Origin: a virus
Lineage: Duplodnaviria; Caudoviricetes
IMG/VR virus record: IMGVR_UViG_2636415645_000002
Location: 1-64,000 of that record
DNA: 64,000 bases
Reading direction: 5' to 3' (one strand)
Shown here: piece by piece, positions 46,529 through 57,129 of the stretch
Position numbering within the stretch: position 1 is the stretch's first letter
Layout: the number at the start of each line of letters is the position of its first letter
Position numbers and translations under genes: made by a program
The notes under the pieces: model-generated
What the model saw: only the letters and a program-made list of their open reading frames with translations
Database searches by the model: none
What the model was told of the DNA's origin: nothing

Positions 46529-46858
46529 TCATTTAAACCTTACGACTGTTAGTCGCTGCCTTGTAATTGTTATGGTAGATGTATTGTATGGATCGCCCTT
46601 GATGGTTCTCCATACCCGTACCGCACCATTTAGAATCTCTGGCTCTACCTGCGCGTCGGATAGCGAGTTGACTGCCTGAACTGGCGTAGGAAAAGCGGCG
46701 GCGTTTTGAGGGGTAATTCCGGGAATCGCTATATCTATAAACTTCGCCCCCCAAGTTTGAGGGGTTATTATTTCGGAGTACACCACCCTCATTGTGAATG
46801 ACGTTTCATCAAGTTCAACGACGCCTGTAGGCCCCTTGATCCGCATACCGAAAGTCAT
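46529..46858 (-). CDS. Tail-tip associated small protein
   Basis: MTFGMRI....G...LD pattern; coupled to J. Confidence 0.65.
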   Translation of the reverse strand: MTFGMRIKGPTGVVELDETSFTMRVVYSEIITPQTWGAKFIDIAIPGITPQNAAAFPTPVQAVNSLSDAQVEPEILNGAVRVWRTIKGDPYNTSTITITRQRLTVVRFK

Positions 46859-49800
46859 ACCGAAAGTCTCCCGACCGATACGCGGTCGACCCCACCTGCA
46901 TCAAACACCGTCAATCCGTCGTTGTTGAGCAGCGATGAACCACCCGTGCCCGCGCTTCGCAACGTGAAGGTGCCAGCGGGAATATTGATTTCCAGCAGTG
47001 GACGCCCAAGCGAGTCCACCGCCGGAGAGCGAAGCACCATCCCCAGAACAATTTCTTGAATGATCGCCTTGCTGATAATCGCCGTATTGAATACGGCTTG
47101 GCCGTTCTCAATGACGAACATCGGGTCGATCTTTCCGTCTATCTCGTTAACGACGCCGAACCTTTGAGCGAAGATCAGAAACTCCGACTGCTCTCCGTTC
47201 GAACCGAACGCCAGGCCGGACACAACCTTTCTGCCATCTACGATGGTTTGAGCCTTCATGGTGGTCTGTGCCGATACTCTGCCGTACAGCCGGACAACCG
47301 TCTCGCTTACCGTTTGCACCGACGCACTCGTCTGTCCAATGCTCGACTGCAGCGTTTCCGTAGTTTTGGTCAACGCCTCGTTTGCACTCGCTTGCACAAC
47401 CTTCTCAGCTGCAAAGCTGGCGGTTGACTCCCATGCCTTGATCGCACCAGCCAGATCACCAGAGCCATCGTCACCACGAACGGAAGCCCGCAGCGCCTCA
47501 TTGCTCGACGCCTGGGATGTGATCTTCCCGTCCAGGTTTGTGACTTTTGTGTCAAGGCTGGTGAGCGCTTGAGCAGTGCCGCTCGCCTTTTCATCGACTG
47601 CAGACAGATCGCTGTTCAGTTTCGTGATCTGTGCTGCGGACGTCTCGCGGTTCGATGCAACAACCTGTTCCAGTACAGTCAGCGACGACTTGTTGTCGCC
47701 GACCTGCGCGCCCAGGGTAAGCAGCTGCTGAGCCATCGCATCGTTTTCGCTGGCACGGGTTTTACGCCCGACCGCCAGATCAGCCGTCGAAGTCCAGCCC
47801 TTGATTGCATCAGCCAGGTCGCCGGCGCCGTCATCACCACGAGCAGCTGAGCGCAACGCCTCAACTGAGGTGGCGGTGGCCAACACCTTGCCGTCGATTT
47901 CCTCGATCTTCGTTTCGATGATCTGCACCTGGGAAACCAGTGCATCAGTGGTCTCAAGGATGGTGCCGATATCGATCCAGTAAGTCGCGTCGGGCGGCGT
48001 TTTCCCCGCAGGCACAGGGCCTTTCGCTTGGTAGAGGCGCTGATCCAGTCGGACAATGTCGCCCTTCAGATAAGGTTTCGCAGGGTCGTAGGCGAGTGCG
48101 TCGTTCACCTGGTCGATCAGGTCTTTCAGCTCCTGCTTGGCTTCCTCGAGGCGTTCATTTACTGAGCCAGGGCCGTCGCCGGTGATCAGCTCGATTTCTT
48201 CACGCAGGCTCTGGTACAGGGCGCCCTTTCCGATTTTCTCAGCGTAGTACGCCTCGTAATCGCTCTGTTTAGAACTGGCCTGGCCATTGACGGCGCCGGG
48301 TATAGGGAAGAACGGGCCAACGTTGCCAGTCCGGTCTACGAGGCGCGCCCAGAAGAACAGACTCGCCCCTGCCAGCAGGCTGTGCATCTCGTGCTTGGCC
48401 TGCGGGTAACTGAAGTCGCTCAGCTTTATCGCGGTCGCCCGGTCAGCCGATTGGCTGTACCAGATTTCCGTGCGCTCGGTGTCCTCTGCGCCTGGTGGAA
48501 AACCCCATTGAATGCCTATGCCGTATACAAGGCTTTTGGTGGTAAGGAACGACACTGCCGGCGGCAGGCCCGTCTTGCCCTCAAGGTTGGTCAGGCTGGA
48601 GTTTTTCCAGATCGACGAGATTTCGAAGGCGCTCACTGCGCGAACCCGAGCCAGGTAGGCACCCGAGTAAATACCGGTGACGTCGACGCTCGTCGAGCCA
48701 GTACGCTGCACCTTGATCCAGTTGCCGTTGTCCTTGCGCCACTCCACGTCATAAGCGACGGCACCAGTTACGGCAGGCCACGAGATGTTCATGGTGCTGA
48801 TCGCGATGCCCTGGTTCACCGCGTAGCTCGACGTCAGCGTGACGCTGGCCGGCGGCGGTACCACGGTGATTGGTATAACGCTAATGGGGCGCTCTTCCAG
48901 GCGAGCGCCGGTATCGATGTGCGCGAACTTGCTCGGGTCGTACTGAACGGCCGATATCTCGAACACGCCGGGCTCTGGCCTGGCCACGCTGACCACCCGG
49001 TAAAGCGGGACTGCCAAGTCGTCAGCATCGAGCGCCCACACCAATTCCGGCTCAGGTGTCACGGAGTAAGCCACGGTGACCGTAACCTGCCGCCCGCTGA
49101 CCAACTGCACAGTGCGCGCCTCGCACTTGCCGTCAGGCAGGTTGAGGATCAGTCGGTCGCCGGGCTTGGCCTGAGTGTCGCGGTCCAGCTTGATGACCTT
49201 GCCGTTTACCGCTGAGATACGCCCGCCGATGGCACGCCCGGCGAGCAGTTCGTCAGCAATCGGGATGACGTAACCAGGCAGCGGAATGCGCCCGTCCAAG
49301 CCCACCTTGAAGGTGACGGCCCGATCCTTGGAGTTGGTGAGCAACGCCCACTTGCCGCGGCGCTGGGCCTCCGATTCGCGGGTGCAGCCGATAGCGCTGA
49401 TCTCAAGCGGGTTATCGCCGTAGCGCCGCTGCAGCTTCTGGTCGGTCACCGCGGTGACATCGGTGTCGTAGTTGTTCAGCGGGTTGTCGTAGCTGACCAG
49501 CGCTCTGGTGTAGCGTGTGCGCTCCGATGCGCTGGAGTAGGTGAACTTGCCATCGATGACGTTTGCCCGGGTGTAGGCAAAGTCGAAGTCCGTTGCCCGC
49601 GGCATATCCGAGAGAGTGAACACCTGGCCTTGGGCCCAGTAGGTCATACCTCGGTAGATCGCCGAGATGTCACGCAGCAGCGACCAAGCGTCAGCCTTGC
49701 TCTGCAGGTTCAAGTTGCAGATGAAGCGCGGCTCCTGGCCACCCTTCCCGTCCGGCACCAGTTGGTCGCAGTATTGAGAGATTCGGTACAGCTCCCACTT

Positions 49801-50727
49801 ATCCACCATCCACGGCTTGATGCGACGGCCCAGACCAAAGCGATCAATGGTGGTGATGCCGTAGGTAGCCCAGGTAGGGTTGTTGGTGTAAGCCTCCTTC
49901 AACGTCCCGTCCCAAATACCACTGTACGTTCGCGAAACAGGGTCATAGTTGCTTGGAACTTGCCACTTGCGAGCCTTACAGCCTACGGTGACCGCCGGAA
50001 TGCTGCGAAACTGCTCGGCTGAGAACTCGATGTAGAGCAGCGCGGTGTTCGGATAACGGATCTTTGCGTCGATCACCTCGGTGAATCCCGCGATCTGCAT
50101 GATGTCAGAAAACTTGCCGGGACTATTTTGGTTTACCGTCAGCCTCGTTATGCGCATCAGCCAGCCGGTGGTGGACTTCGGCAAGTCAATTCGACGGGTG
50201 CGCTCGTATAGGTTTGTGGTCTTCCCATCTACCGCCTCGTTCAAGACCTCCTGGTAAACCCCGCCATCGGTTGCCAACTCGACTTTGTACTGAATGCGAT
50301 AGCCGTTGATGTTGTTATTTGCATCGACGGACTGAAGCGCCGGCCAGGCAAACCGCACGCGCACAGCGGAAAGCTGAGTGTTGCTGATCGCCCTAATCCA
50401 CGGGGTTCCGCTGCGCAGTTCGGTGTTGATAGTGGTCTCGTTCTCGACCGATGGAATGCCCTGGATATAGGCCTGGTCCACGGCCCCGGTGCGCCACTCC
50501 CACTTGACGTTCGGGAAGTTCATGTTTCCCTGCGGGTCTTGCAGCGGAGTGTTGTCGAGGTAGATGTCCCTGGCGGTTGGTGTGCCTTCGAATTCACCCT
50601 CGCCCACGGCGATGAGCATTTTTGCAATGGCAACCGAGCGCAGACTGTCAGGGGCTTCCGTTGGCGTTTTAGGCTTCTCTTCGCCGCCCTTGGCGCCGTG
50701 GATGTCGATCTTGCTGTCGTCGCCCAT
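46855..50727 (-). CDS. Central tail fibre / tip attachment protein J
   Basis: GAKGG, GEGEFEG, YPNTAL motifs, FN3 region and DUF1983-like C-terminus; start moved to MGDDSK. Confidence 0.93.
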   Translation of the reverse strand: MGDDSKIDIHGAKGGEEKPKTPTEAPDSLRSVAIAKMLIAVGEGEFEGTPTARDIYLDNTPLQDPQGNMNFPNVKWEWRTGAVDQAYIQGIPSVENETTINTELRSGTPWIRAISNTQLSAVRVRFAWPALQSVDANNNINGYRIQYKVELATDGGVYQEVLNEAVDGKTTNLYERTRRIDLPKSTTGWLMRITRLTVNQNSPGKFSDIMQIAGFTEVIDAKIRYPNTALLYIEFSAEQFRSIPAVTVGCKARKWQVPSNYDPVSRTYSGIWDGTLKEAYTNNPTWATYGITTIDRFGLGRRIKPWMVDKWELYRISQYCDQLVPDGKGGQEPRFICNLNLQSKADAWSLLRDISAIYRGMTYWAQGQVFTLSDMPRATDFDFAYTRANVIDGKFTYSSASERTRYTRALVSYDNPLNNYDTDVTAVTDQKLQRRYGDNPLEISAIGCTRESEAQRRGKWALLTNSKDRAVTFKVGLDGRIPLPGYVIPIADELLAGRAIGGRISAVNGKVIKLDRDTQAKPGDRLILNLPDGKCEARTVQLVSGRQVTVTVAYSVTPEPELVWALDADDLAVPLYRVVSVARPEPGVFEISAVQYDPSKFAHIDTGARLEERPISVIPITVVPPPASVTLTSSYAVNQGIAISTMNISWPAVTGAVAYDVEWRKDNGNWIKVQRTGSTSVDVTGIYSGAYLARVRAVSAFEISSIWKNSSLTNLEGKTGLPPAVSFLTTKSLVYGIGIQWGFPPGAEDTERTEIWYSQSADRATAIKLSDFSYPQAKHEMHSLLAGASLFFWARLVDRTGNVGPFFPIPGAVNGQASSKQSDYEAYYAEKIGKGALYQSLREEIELITGDGPGSVNERLEEAKQELKDLIDQVNDALAYDPAKPYLKGDIVRLDQRLYQAKGPVPAGKTPPDATYWIDIGTILETTDALVSQVQIIETKIEEIDGKVLATATSVEALRSAARGDDGAGDLADAIKGWTSTADLAVGRKTRASENDAMAQQLLTLGAQVGDNKSSLTVLEQVVASNRETSAAQITKLNSDLSAVDEKASGTAQALTSLDTKVTNLDGKITSQASSNEALRASVRGDDGSGDLAGAIKAWESTASFAAEKVVQASANEALTKTTETLQSSIGQTSASVQTVSETVVRLYGRVSAQTTMKAQTIVDGRKVVSGLAFGSNGEQSEFLIFAQRFGVVNEIDGKIDPMFVIENGQAVFNTAIISKAIIQEIVLGMVLRSPAVDSLGRPLLEINIPAGTFTLRSAGTGGSSLLNNDGLTVFDAGGVDRVSVGRLSV

Positions 50728-50786
50728 CTTTTTCTCCAGGCAATAAAAAACCGCCTCGTGGGCGGCTGCAGTGCTGTTGGTTGCGG

Positions 50787-51380
50787 CTACATCTGATCTT
50801 CGGCGTATATGGCGGCACTGATGATCGCCCCGCCCCAGCGGCGCTCGCCGATGCAAAGCGGTACCGGGTTGCCCGAGGCCGTGGTGTTCTTGGCGCTACC
50901 GAAGGCGTAGCCCGGAGTATTCTCGGGCGCGGCGCTGGTCTTGAGTCCGCCAGCCTGGGGGCTGAGCATTTGAATGACGCCGCCAGCGACAAGCCCGATG
51001 CCTGCACCTATGAGTGGTGTGCCGAAAGGCGTGGCCGAGAAGATCACCCCGACCACAATTAGAATTGCACCGACAATCGTTTGAAGAATGCCGCCGCGCT
51101 TGCTGCCCACTACTACCGGGGCAATTCGGATATCACCGGCACCGTTGTAGGTCAGTTCCTTTTCTCCGATGTTTCGTTTGTCGCGAAAGACTGCGAACTC
51201 TAGCCCGCGCGACTTAGCGTTCGACAGAAAGCGCTCAAAACCAGGGATCTGGACGCACAGCGCCTTAATGGCTTCGGCCGGCGACTTTACGGCGAGTCTG
51301 AACGAATTCCCGAACTGCCGGAGTTGCCCGTGCAAGCGGATGGTTGTCAATGGCTGGTAATTGATTGCTGAGGCCTGCAT
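50787..51380 (-). CDS. Tail assembly protein I
   Basis: AEAIKALC, GSKRGG and GNPVPL..G motifs. Confidence 0.9.
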   Translation of the reverse strand: MQASAINYQPLTTIRLHGQLRQFGNSFRLAVKSPAEAIKALCVQIPGFERFLSNAKSRGLEFAVFRDKRNIGEKELTYNGAGDIRIAPVVVGSKRGGILQTIVGAILIVVGVIFSATPFGTPLIGAGIGLVAGGVIQMLSPQAGGLKTSAAPENTPGYAFGSAKNTTASGNPVPLCIGERRWGGAIISAAIYAEDQM

Positions 51381-51434
51381 AGCTTTCTCCCGGCGTAAAA
51401 AAACCGCCCGGAGGCGGTTCATGAATTTCGCTTT

Positions 51435-51857
51435 TCAGTTGTAGTCGACATAAGGGCCTATGTAGAAACCGCCTATATCGCCGCTAATCCTGTAGAGGCT
51501 TTCCTTTCCGGGTTGCACGGTGGCTGCGATGGTACGGATGGCCGCGCCAGCACATAGACCGGAACCTGCGAGACCCGCACCGAGGCTTGGTGAGCCAGGG
51601 GGAAGGAAGAAGGTAGCCCGTTGACCTGTACCTATTTTCGCCGCTTTGCGTCCATCTACATACACGACGATATCGCAGCCCGAGCCTACCGCACCGGAGT
51701 CGCGCACAACCGTGACTTTTCCGCTTTCACCCGAGGGCTTTGACTGAAAGGCGTAAAGCTCATCGGACGGGACCGGCTTCGCATCCCTAACCGATATCGC
51801 CGATGAGGCACACCCCGCCAGCATCGCCACCGCCGCCGCCGCTATCAAAATCCGCAT
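51435..51857 (-). CDS. Moron lipoprotein
   Basis: Lipobox LAGC; inserted between K and I; followed by a hairpin terminator (~51397-51419). Confidence 0.8.
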   Translation of the reverse strand: MRILIAAAAVAMLAGCASSAISVRDAKPVPSDELYAFQSKPSGESGKVTVVRDSGAVGSGCDIVVYVDGRKAAKIGTGQRATFFLPPGSPSLGAGLAGSGLCAGAAIRTIAATVQPGKESLYRISGDIGGFYIGPYVDYN

Positions 51858-51889
51858 GATCGATCCTCGTCCTTAAAGTGCCGACTGTA

Positions 51890-52645
51890 TCACCGAGCGT
51901 CACGGTGGCGAAGAATCAGGCGTGCACGGTCATGCCAGGGCCCACCGTAGACGATGATCTCGGACGGCCTGCCGTAAAGGTGGTGCAGCATGAATGGCCC
52001 AGGGCCGAAGGTAGCGGAATCCTCACCAGGCAGCGCCGGATCGGTGCCCAGGTATATGCCTGCGTGGTTCGGGTGCACCGTACGGCCAACCTGCATAACG
52101 ATCATGTCACCGCGCTGGGGACTGTCTACGCGCAGGAAGCCGGCAGCCTCGTAATACTGTTCGTAAAGACTGGGGTTTTCCGCCCTCTCCCACCAGCCAT
52201 CGATGCGCTGGAAGGTTTCAAACTCAAGCCCCCACTCGCGTTGATACCAATCTGCGCATACAGCCCAACAGTCCCAAACTCCATGAACAAACGGACGCTT
52301 GAGCAGCGGCACGGCGCCAGACGGCGTGATCGTCCTGAGGTCTCCTTCGGGCCAGGAGAGAATGTGCCAGGGCAGCGCCGTGGCCTCGCACATGGCCAGG
52401 TCGTGCGGTGACGGCCGGCTGGTGGCGTCCGGGTGGGAGTGGACGATGCCGATCACCTCGCCCAGGTCTTCCGCAGCGGCGTAGTCCTCTGGATCAAGCC
52501 TGAACTCTTCGTGAGGCTCCGTGGAGATGTTCTTGCACGGGAAGTACTTCTGCGCGCGGCCCATGGCAAGCAACAGACCGCAGCACTCTCTCGGGTACTC
52601 GGCGGCGGCGTGCGCCTGGACCGCCGCAACGATGTGCTTGCGCAT
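51890..52645 (-). CDS. Tail assembly protein K (JAB plus NlpC/P60)
   Basis: YPRECCG, HSHP, DCW and NHAGIY motifs. Confidence 0.92.
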   Translation of the reverse strand: MRKHIVAAVQAHAAAEYPRECCGLLLAMGRAQKYFPCKNISTEPHEEFRLDPEDYAAAEDLGEVIGIVHSHPDATSRPSPHDLAMCEATALPWHILSWPEGDLRTITPSGAVPLLKRPFVHGVWDCWAVCADWYQREWGLEFETFQRIDGWWERAENPSLYEQYYEAAGFLRVDSPQRGDMIVMQVGRTVHPNHAGIYLGTDPALPGEDSATFGPGPFMLHHLYGRPSEIIVYGGPWHDRARLILRHRDAR

Positions 52646-52647
52646 GG

Positions 52648-53400
52648 TCAGCTCCGGGCTATCAGGGAAACGGCGGGAAATCCACCAAAGGACAGTTCGT
52701 TGTTCTCGCCGAAGCGCAGCTTGCAGGACGATAGGCAGCCCTTGCATTGGTCCCGGGCGGGATCGGTCGTTGGGTTGTCCTCGTCGTCAAACATCGCTGG
52801 GCCGGTATAGCCGCAGTCCGGCCCGCGGTAACCGTTGGTCATGGCCCAGTGGCAGAAGGTCGTCATCTGTCGCCCAGGCAGCCCGTGGTTATCGATCTCG
52901 CCCGGTGAGGATAACTCCCAGACCACCGCCTCGCCGTCTTCGCTGGTTTTCTGGTCGATGTACCAGATCTCCAGCGCCTCCTGGGTAGGGTCGGCCGTTG
53001 CGTTACCTTCTGGAAAGTTCACCGCATCCAGGTACTGGGCCAGGGTCTCGCGAACGGTCAGCTTGAACTTGAGCATGTCCTCGAAGGCCAGGCACAGCGC
53101 TGTGACACGGCCATTGATGTTGCCGGCGGCGAACGTTGGCCTGGTAGCCGATCCATCGCTGTTAGAGCCAATACCTTCAACCTGCACAGGCCAGGCGGCG
53201 TACTCGGCACCCTGCCACCAGATCGACTTGGCTGGGAGCTCCTGTTCCGAACCTTCATAAGCCAGAAGCTCGTCCGGCGTGTGCGGTATGGCGTGACCGT
53301 GAAAGCGCAGATAATCGGCGCCGTATTCAGTCCCGTCGATTTCGAACAGGCGAATCTCGCCGCCGGGCTCCAGTTTTTGGATGTCCGCGATCAGTGCCAT
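52648..53400 (-). CDS. Minor tail protein L
   Basis: YRGPDCGY and C..C.LRFG...FGGFP motifs. Confidence 0.92.
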   Translation of the reverse strand: MALIADIQKLEPGGEIRLFEIDGTEYGADYLRFHGHAIPHTPDELLAYEGSEQELPAKSIWWQGAEYAAWPVQVEGIGSNSDGSATRPTFAAGNINGRVTALCLAFEDMLKFKLTVRETLAQYLDAVNFPEGNATADPTQEALEIWYIDQKTSEDGEAVVWELSSPGEIDNHGLPGRQMTTFCHWAMTNGYRGPDCGYTGPAMFDDEDNPTTDPARDQCKGCLSSCKLRFGENNELSFGGFPAVSLIARS

Positions 53401-53409
53401 ATATAACCT

Positions 53410-53748
53410 TTATGGTTGGAAGTTTTGTTCGAAGGTTGCGGTGAGCGTGTAGTTTTCCGCGCCGTGGGCGGTGAGCTGATATCCATCACATTTGTATAGC
53501 CCCAGCTCACCAAGCGGCGGCGTCCACAAAAAGCCTCTGGCGCCCTTATGGGCGTCGATGAAGTCCATTATCTGCTTGGTGCGAACGCCATCACCGAGAA
53601 ACGTGAGCGGCCAGGACTGCGATTTGTTGTTGATGCCATCGCTTACCGATTGCGCGTAACCATCGCCAAAGCCTTTGGTGCGTACCCGGAATTTTGCCTG
53701 GCCCTGCGGGTCAGTCCTCGGGCACCAGGTGAACCTTTCAAGCGCCAT
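53410..53748 (-). CDS. Minor tail protein M
   Basis: FGDGYAQ...DGIN and FLWTPP motifs. Confidence 0.92.
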   Translation of the reverse strand: MALERFTWCPRTDPQGQAKFRVRTKGFGDGYAQSVSDGINNKSQSWPLTFLGDGVRTKQIMDFIDAHKGARGFLWTPPLGELGLYKCDGYQLTAHGAENYTLTATFEQNFQP

Positions 53749-53754
53749 AGTTGA

Positions 53755-56463
53755 TTACCCACTGATTGCTCTTTTAATGCTGCCGCCCTGCCCCAGGTCC
53801 TTGCGAATCAGCTGACGGTAACGCTGGTCAACAAAATCACCGAGATCCTTCCCGAACTGCTGATATGCCGGGTCATCCGCTGTAGAGCTGGTAGTCCCAT
53901 CACTTGCGACAGTCACGGTCACGTTTATCTGGGCAGGAGCGCCCATAGCGCCAGAGCCGCCACCAACAGCCCTCACACCAAGAGCACCACTCGCTGTTCT
54001 GGTCAGCGGCATGATCGCCTCTGGCCCAGCCTCCCCCATCAATCCCATGCCCCCGGCCATCCCAAACGCCGTTGGCTTGCTGACGATAGAGTTTGTGAAT
54101 GCGCCACCATCGGCGAACATCTGCACGCCACCCGACCAGGCGCCGCCCTTGGCTTGTGGGAAGTAGCTTCCGGAGTAACCCCCAGCAGACGCCCCCAAGT
54201 TGGACGAAGTGGCACCAGCAGACCCGGCTGCAAGCCCATTGCCGCCAGCGGCCGTACCACCGAAGTAACTGGCGGCCGCACCGACCAAGCTGCCCAGCAA
54301 CGCCGAACTTGCCTGGCGGGTCGCGATACGCGCCATATCGGCCAGAATGGATTTGGTGAAGTCGGCAAACGACGCCTTACCGGTGATGGCAAAGTTCACC
54401 AGCGAATCTTCCATGGAGCTGAAAGCGTTGCTGAACATGCTTTTCGTCTGGCCGGCGACGTCTTTGGCGCTATCCAAATAGTCCTGCCAGGCGCTCTTCG
54501 CGCCGCTTGACCAGTCGCTTTGCGCAGAGTCCATCTGCGCCCATCCCTCCTGCATCGCAGCCACTTGCTTCGGCAGGTACGCATTTGTCAGGTCAATCTG
54601 GTCTTGAAGGGCTTTGCGCTGAGTGTCAGTTGTAGCTGTTGCAAGCTCGGTCCGAAGGGAAAGAACTTTATCGTTGGTCTGACGCTCAAGCTCCAGGCGC
54701 TCGAGATAGCGATCGGACTCCTTGCTGCCCATGCCGACGGCCGCAGCCTGTGCCGCATACTGCTCGCGCTGATTGTTGAGCTGCCGCTCCAGGTCAGCCT
54801 GGAACTGCATCGCCTGGGAAAGCCCGGTGGCGGCGTTAACCGCCTCGTTGAACTGGCTCGCCAACCAAGCGGTGGCTTTACCGTACTGCTCTTTGGAGAT
54901 TTTTCCGTTTTTCTCCAGCAGTGCGATCTGTCCGGTCTGCTTGCTGAATTCGTGCGCCGCAGCGTTTACCGGATCATAGGTCTGACGGAGCTGATCAAAA
55001 GCCGTGGCGGCCTCTTTGAGCTGTGCCTTGAGCTTGCTCTGGGCATCCGTGGCGGCTTTAGTGGAGCCGTTGAGCTGGGCGACCTGCTTGTCGATTGCCT
55101 CAATTGCGCGCCTGTAGCGATCAGCGTTGGCGGGATCTTTGGCCATTGCTGCAACGAGCTCGGCACGGTCCTCCTGCAATTTGTTCAGGCGATCATAAGA
55201 GTCGAGCAGTTTCAGTGATGCCGCGGTGGTTCCAGTAAATGCCGCGGCGACTTTTTGCTCTTGTTGCTCAACCTGCTTATTTCCCTCAACCAGCTTCTGA
55301 TCGCCCCAGCCGCGCAGATCGCTATAGGCCTTGTAGCTAGCCAGGCGTTCATCTGATGCTTTCTTGGCGGCCCCAAGGTCCTGCCCGAACAGATCGCCAA
55401 CGAACAGCGTTGGATTGGTGGCGAACTTGTTGAACGCGCCCTGTGACTTGTTATAAGCGTCCAATGACCGGTTGGTGGCTTCCTCATCCGACACCCCTGC
55501 AAGGTGCCGTGTTTTCCGGTCGGTAGAGAAAAAGGATGTGACCTGCTTCAGATCATTGGCCATTGCGCGCAAGTCGTTGGGCAGTTGTGCCAGGCCGCTT
55601 GCGGCGGCGCCGGTCAACTTCACAACCAGCGCGGCCAAGTCTGCCATGCCCTGCTGGAACGCTGGATCCTTAACGATATCGCGCAAGCCATCGAGCGAGT
55701 TTTGCAGGGGCCCCATATCAACGTTTGCGAGCCCGGACACGAACTCGTTGCGCAACCCTTCGACCTGGAACTGCAGGTCTTGGATGATTTCGTTTGCGCG
55801 CACCAGGTTCGCGATCTGCGCAGGATCCATTGCGATCCCGAAGTCCTTGGCCTGCGCCAGGTACTTGCGCAGGCTCTCGCCCCCTTTATCGAGCAGGGGC
55901 AGCATCCGCGAAAGATCGTTGCCAAGGCTCTCGAGAATGTTGATTTTCTCGGACTGCGTTGAGACCTTTTTAAGGCCGTCGGCGATTGCCAGTAGCTGCT
56001 TGTCGGGCGCCATTCGCGCCAGCGCTTCGGCTGACAACCCCAGCTTTTTGAGACCATCTATGGCCTCCCCGCCGCCGGTGATAACTGCGTCGCCGATCTT
56101 GTCGCCGATATCCTTGAAGATGTCGGCCATCTTGTCGCCGCTGAGTCCGGCGCGCTCGGCGGCATACTGCCACTGCTGCAAAACGGTCGTCCCGATGCCG
56201 AGGGATTTGGCCCAACGGTCGGTCTCGGTAGTCGCCGCCGCAGTGTTTTTAAGCATCACCAGCGAAGCGGTACCCACACCCAGGGTTGCGGTCACCACGG
56301 TTGCAAGTGCGCCGCCAATCTTCTTGCCGGCGGCCTCGGCACGGGCCTCCATCTCCTTCATGCGCTTTTCGGTGAGGCGGCCAGCCTTATCCATGCCCTG
56401 CTCGAAACCACCGATGCGCGCAATCAGGTCCAGCGTCAGCGTGCCGAGTGAACGAGTAGCCAT
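53755..56463 (-). CDS. Tail tape measure protein
   Basis: SLGTLTLDL N-terminus; MGEAGPEAIMPL C-terminus. Confidence 0.93.
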   Translation of the reverse strand: MATRSLGTLTLDLIARIGGFEQGMDKAGRLTEKRMKEMEARAEAAGKKIGGALATVVTATLGVGTASLVMLKNTAAATTETDRWAKSLGIGTTVLQQWQYAAERAGLSGDKMADIFKDIGDKIGDAVITGGGEAIDGLKKLGLSAEALARMAPDKQLLAIADGLKKVSTQSEKINILESLGNDLSRMLPLLDKGGESLRKYLAQAKDFGIAMDPAQIANLVRANEIIQDLQFQVEGLRNEFVSGLANVDMGPLQNSLDGLRDIVKDPAFQQGMADLAALVVKLTGAAASGLAQLPNDLRAMANDLKQVTSFFSTDRKTRHLAGVSDEEATNRSLDAYNKSQGAFNKFATNPTLFVGDLFGQDLGAAKKASDERLASYKAYSDLRGWGDQKLVEGNKQVEQQEQKVAAAFTGTTAASLKLLDSYDRLNKLQEDRAELVAAMAKDPANADRYRRAIEAIDKQVAQLNGSTKAATDAQSKLKAQLKEAATAFDQLRQTYDPVNAAAHEFSKQTGQIALLEKNGKISKEQYGKATAWLASQFNEAVNAATGLSQAMQFQADLERQLNNQREQYAAQAAAVGMGSKESDRYLERLELERQTNDKVLSLRTELATATTDTQRKALQDQIDLTNAYLPKQVAAMQEGWAQMDSAQSDWSSGAKSAWQDYLDSAKDVAGQTKSMFSNAFSSMEDSLVNFAITGKASFADFTKSILADMARIATRQASSALLGSLVGAAASYFGGTAAGGNGLAAGSAGATSSNLGASAGGYSGSYFPQAKGGAWSGGVQMFADGGAFTNSIVSKPTAFGMAGGMGLMGEAGPEAIMPLTRTASGALGVRAVGGGSGAMGAPAQINVTVTVASDGTTSSTADDPAYQQFGKDLGDFVDQRYRQLIRKDLGQGGSIKRAISG

Positions 56464-56488
56464 GGGCTATTTCCTGTAGGTGCGCAGG

Positions 56489-56775
56489 TCATGCCCATTC
56501 GGCCATGGCCGTCTCGAGCGATACCCCTGCTTTTTCTTGGTGAGGCATGAAGTCAATCAACTCTGCGGTGCCGCCGCCCATCCGATTGACCTGCAGCGCA
56601 ATGATCGCGCCCATCTGCTCGGATCGAGCCGCCAAATTGAAGGACCCATGTTTGTTTCTGTACGCAGCCCAGGCCATGGCCTCGGGATAACTGATATTGG
56701 TCTTGGCCTCTGCCACTGTTCGCCCGCCGACTCCGTTCAGCACCAGCTCATGCCAGAACTCATCGGCGGCCGTTA
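56489..56775 (-). CDS. Tail assembly chaperone frameshift extension (gpGT-like)
   Basis: -1 frame open from the A-AAA-AAC slip site: LTAADEFWHELVLNGVGG... Confidence 0.75.
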
Positions 56776-57120
56776 GTTTTTTGTGCGGTCCGCCCCGGTG
56801 TTATTAACCTCGTGCACTGCGGCAAGAATGGCCCAGCCCAGACCAGGGTTCAGGCGGTAAGCGTCCTCGTAGGAAATTGCCTCTTCGCCGTTTTCGCCGA
56901 GCGTCACGCAAGTGGAGATGTACTTGGCGTTACGGCTCTCTTCTGGCTCATTGGCAGAGAAGAGCTTTTCGATCATGCCGAAGGACTGTGGCATTACAAA
57001 AATCGAGAACTTGTCAGTGACAGGTTTGCCCTTGGCGTCTTCGTGTTTCCACACAACCGCCTTTTTTACCATGGCGCCGCCGACGAGACCGCCGGCAGCT
57101 TTCAGTTCAGTCAGATTCAT
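56773..57120 (-). CDS. Tail assembly chaperone
   Basis: Position after tail tube; ends in a slippery heptamer. Confidence 0.8.
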   Translation of the reverse strand: MNLTELKAAGGLVGGAMVKKAVVWKHEDAKGKPVTDKFSIFVMPQSFGMIEKLFSANEPEESRNAKYISTCVTLGENGEEAISYEDAYRLNPGLGWAILAAVHEVNNTGADRTKN

Positions 57121-57129
57121 GTTTCGCCC

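Noticed and set aside
47400-47870. Internal repeat in J (EALR..RGDDG.GDLA.AIK.W.STA twice)
   Set aside because: Ordinary coiled-coil repeat expansion in central tail fibres, not a separate element.
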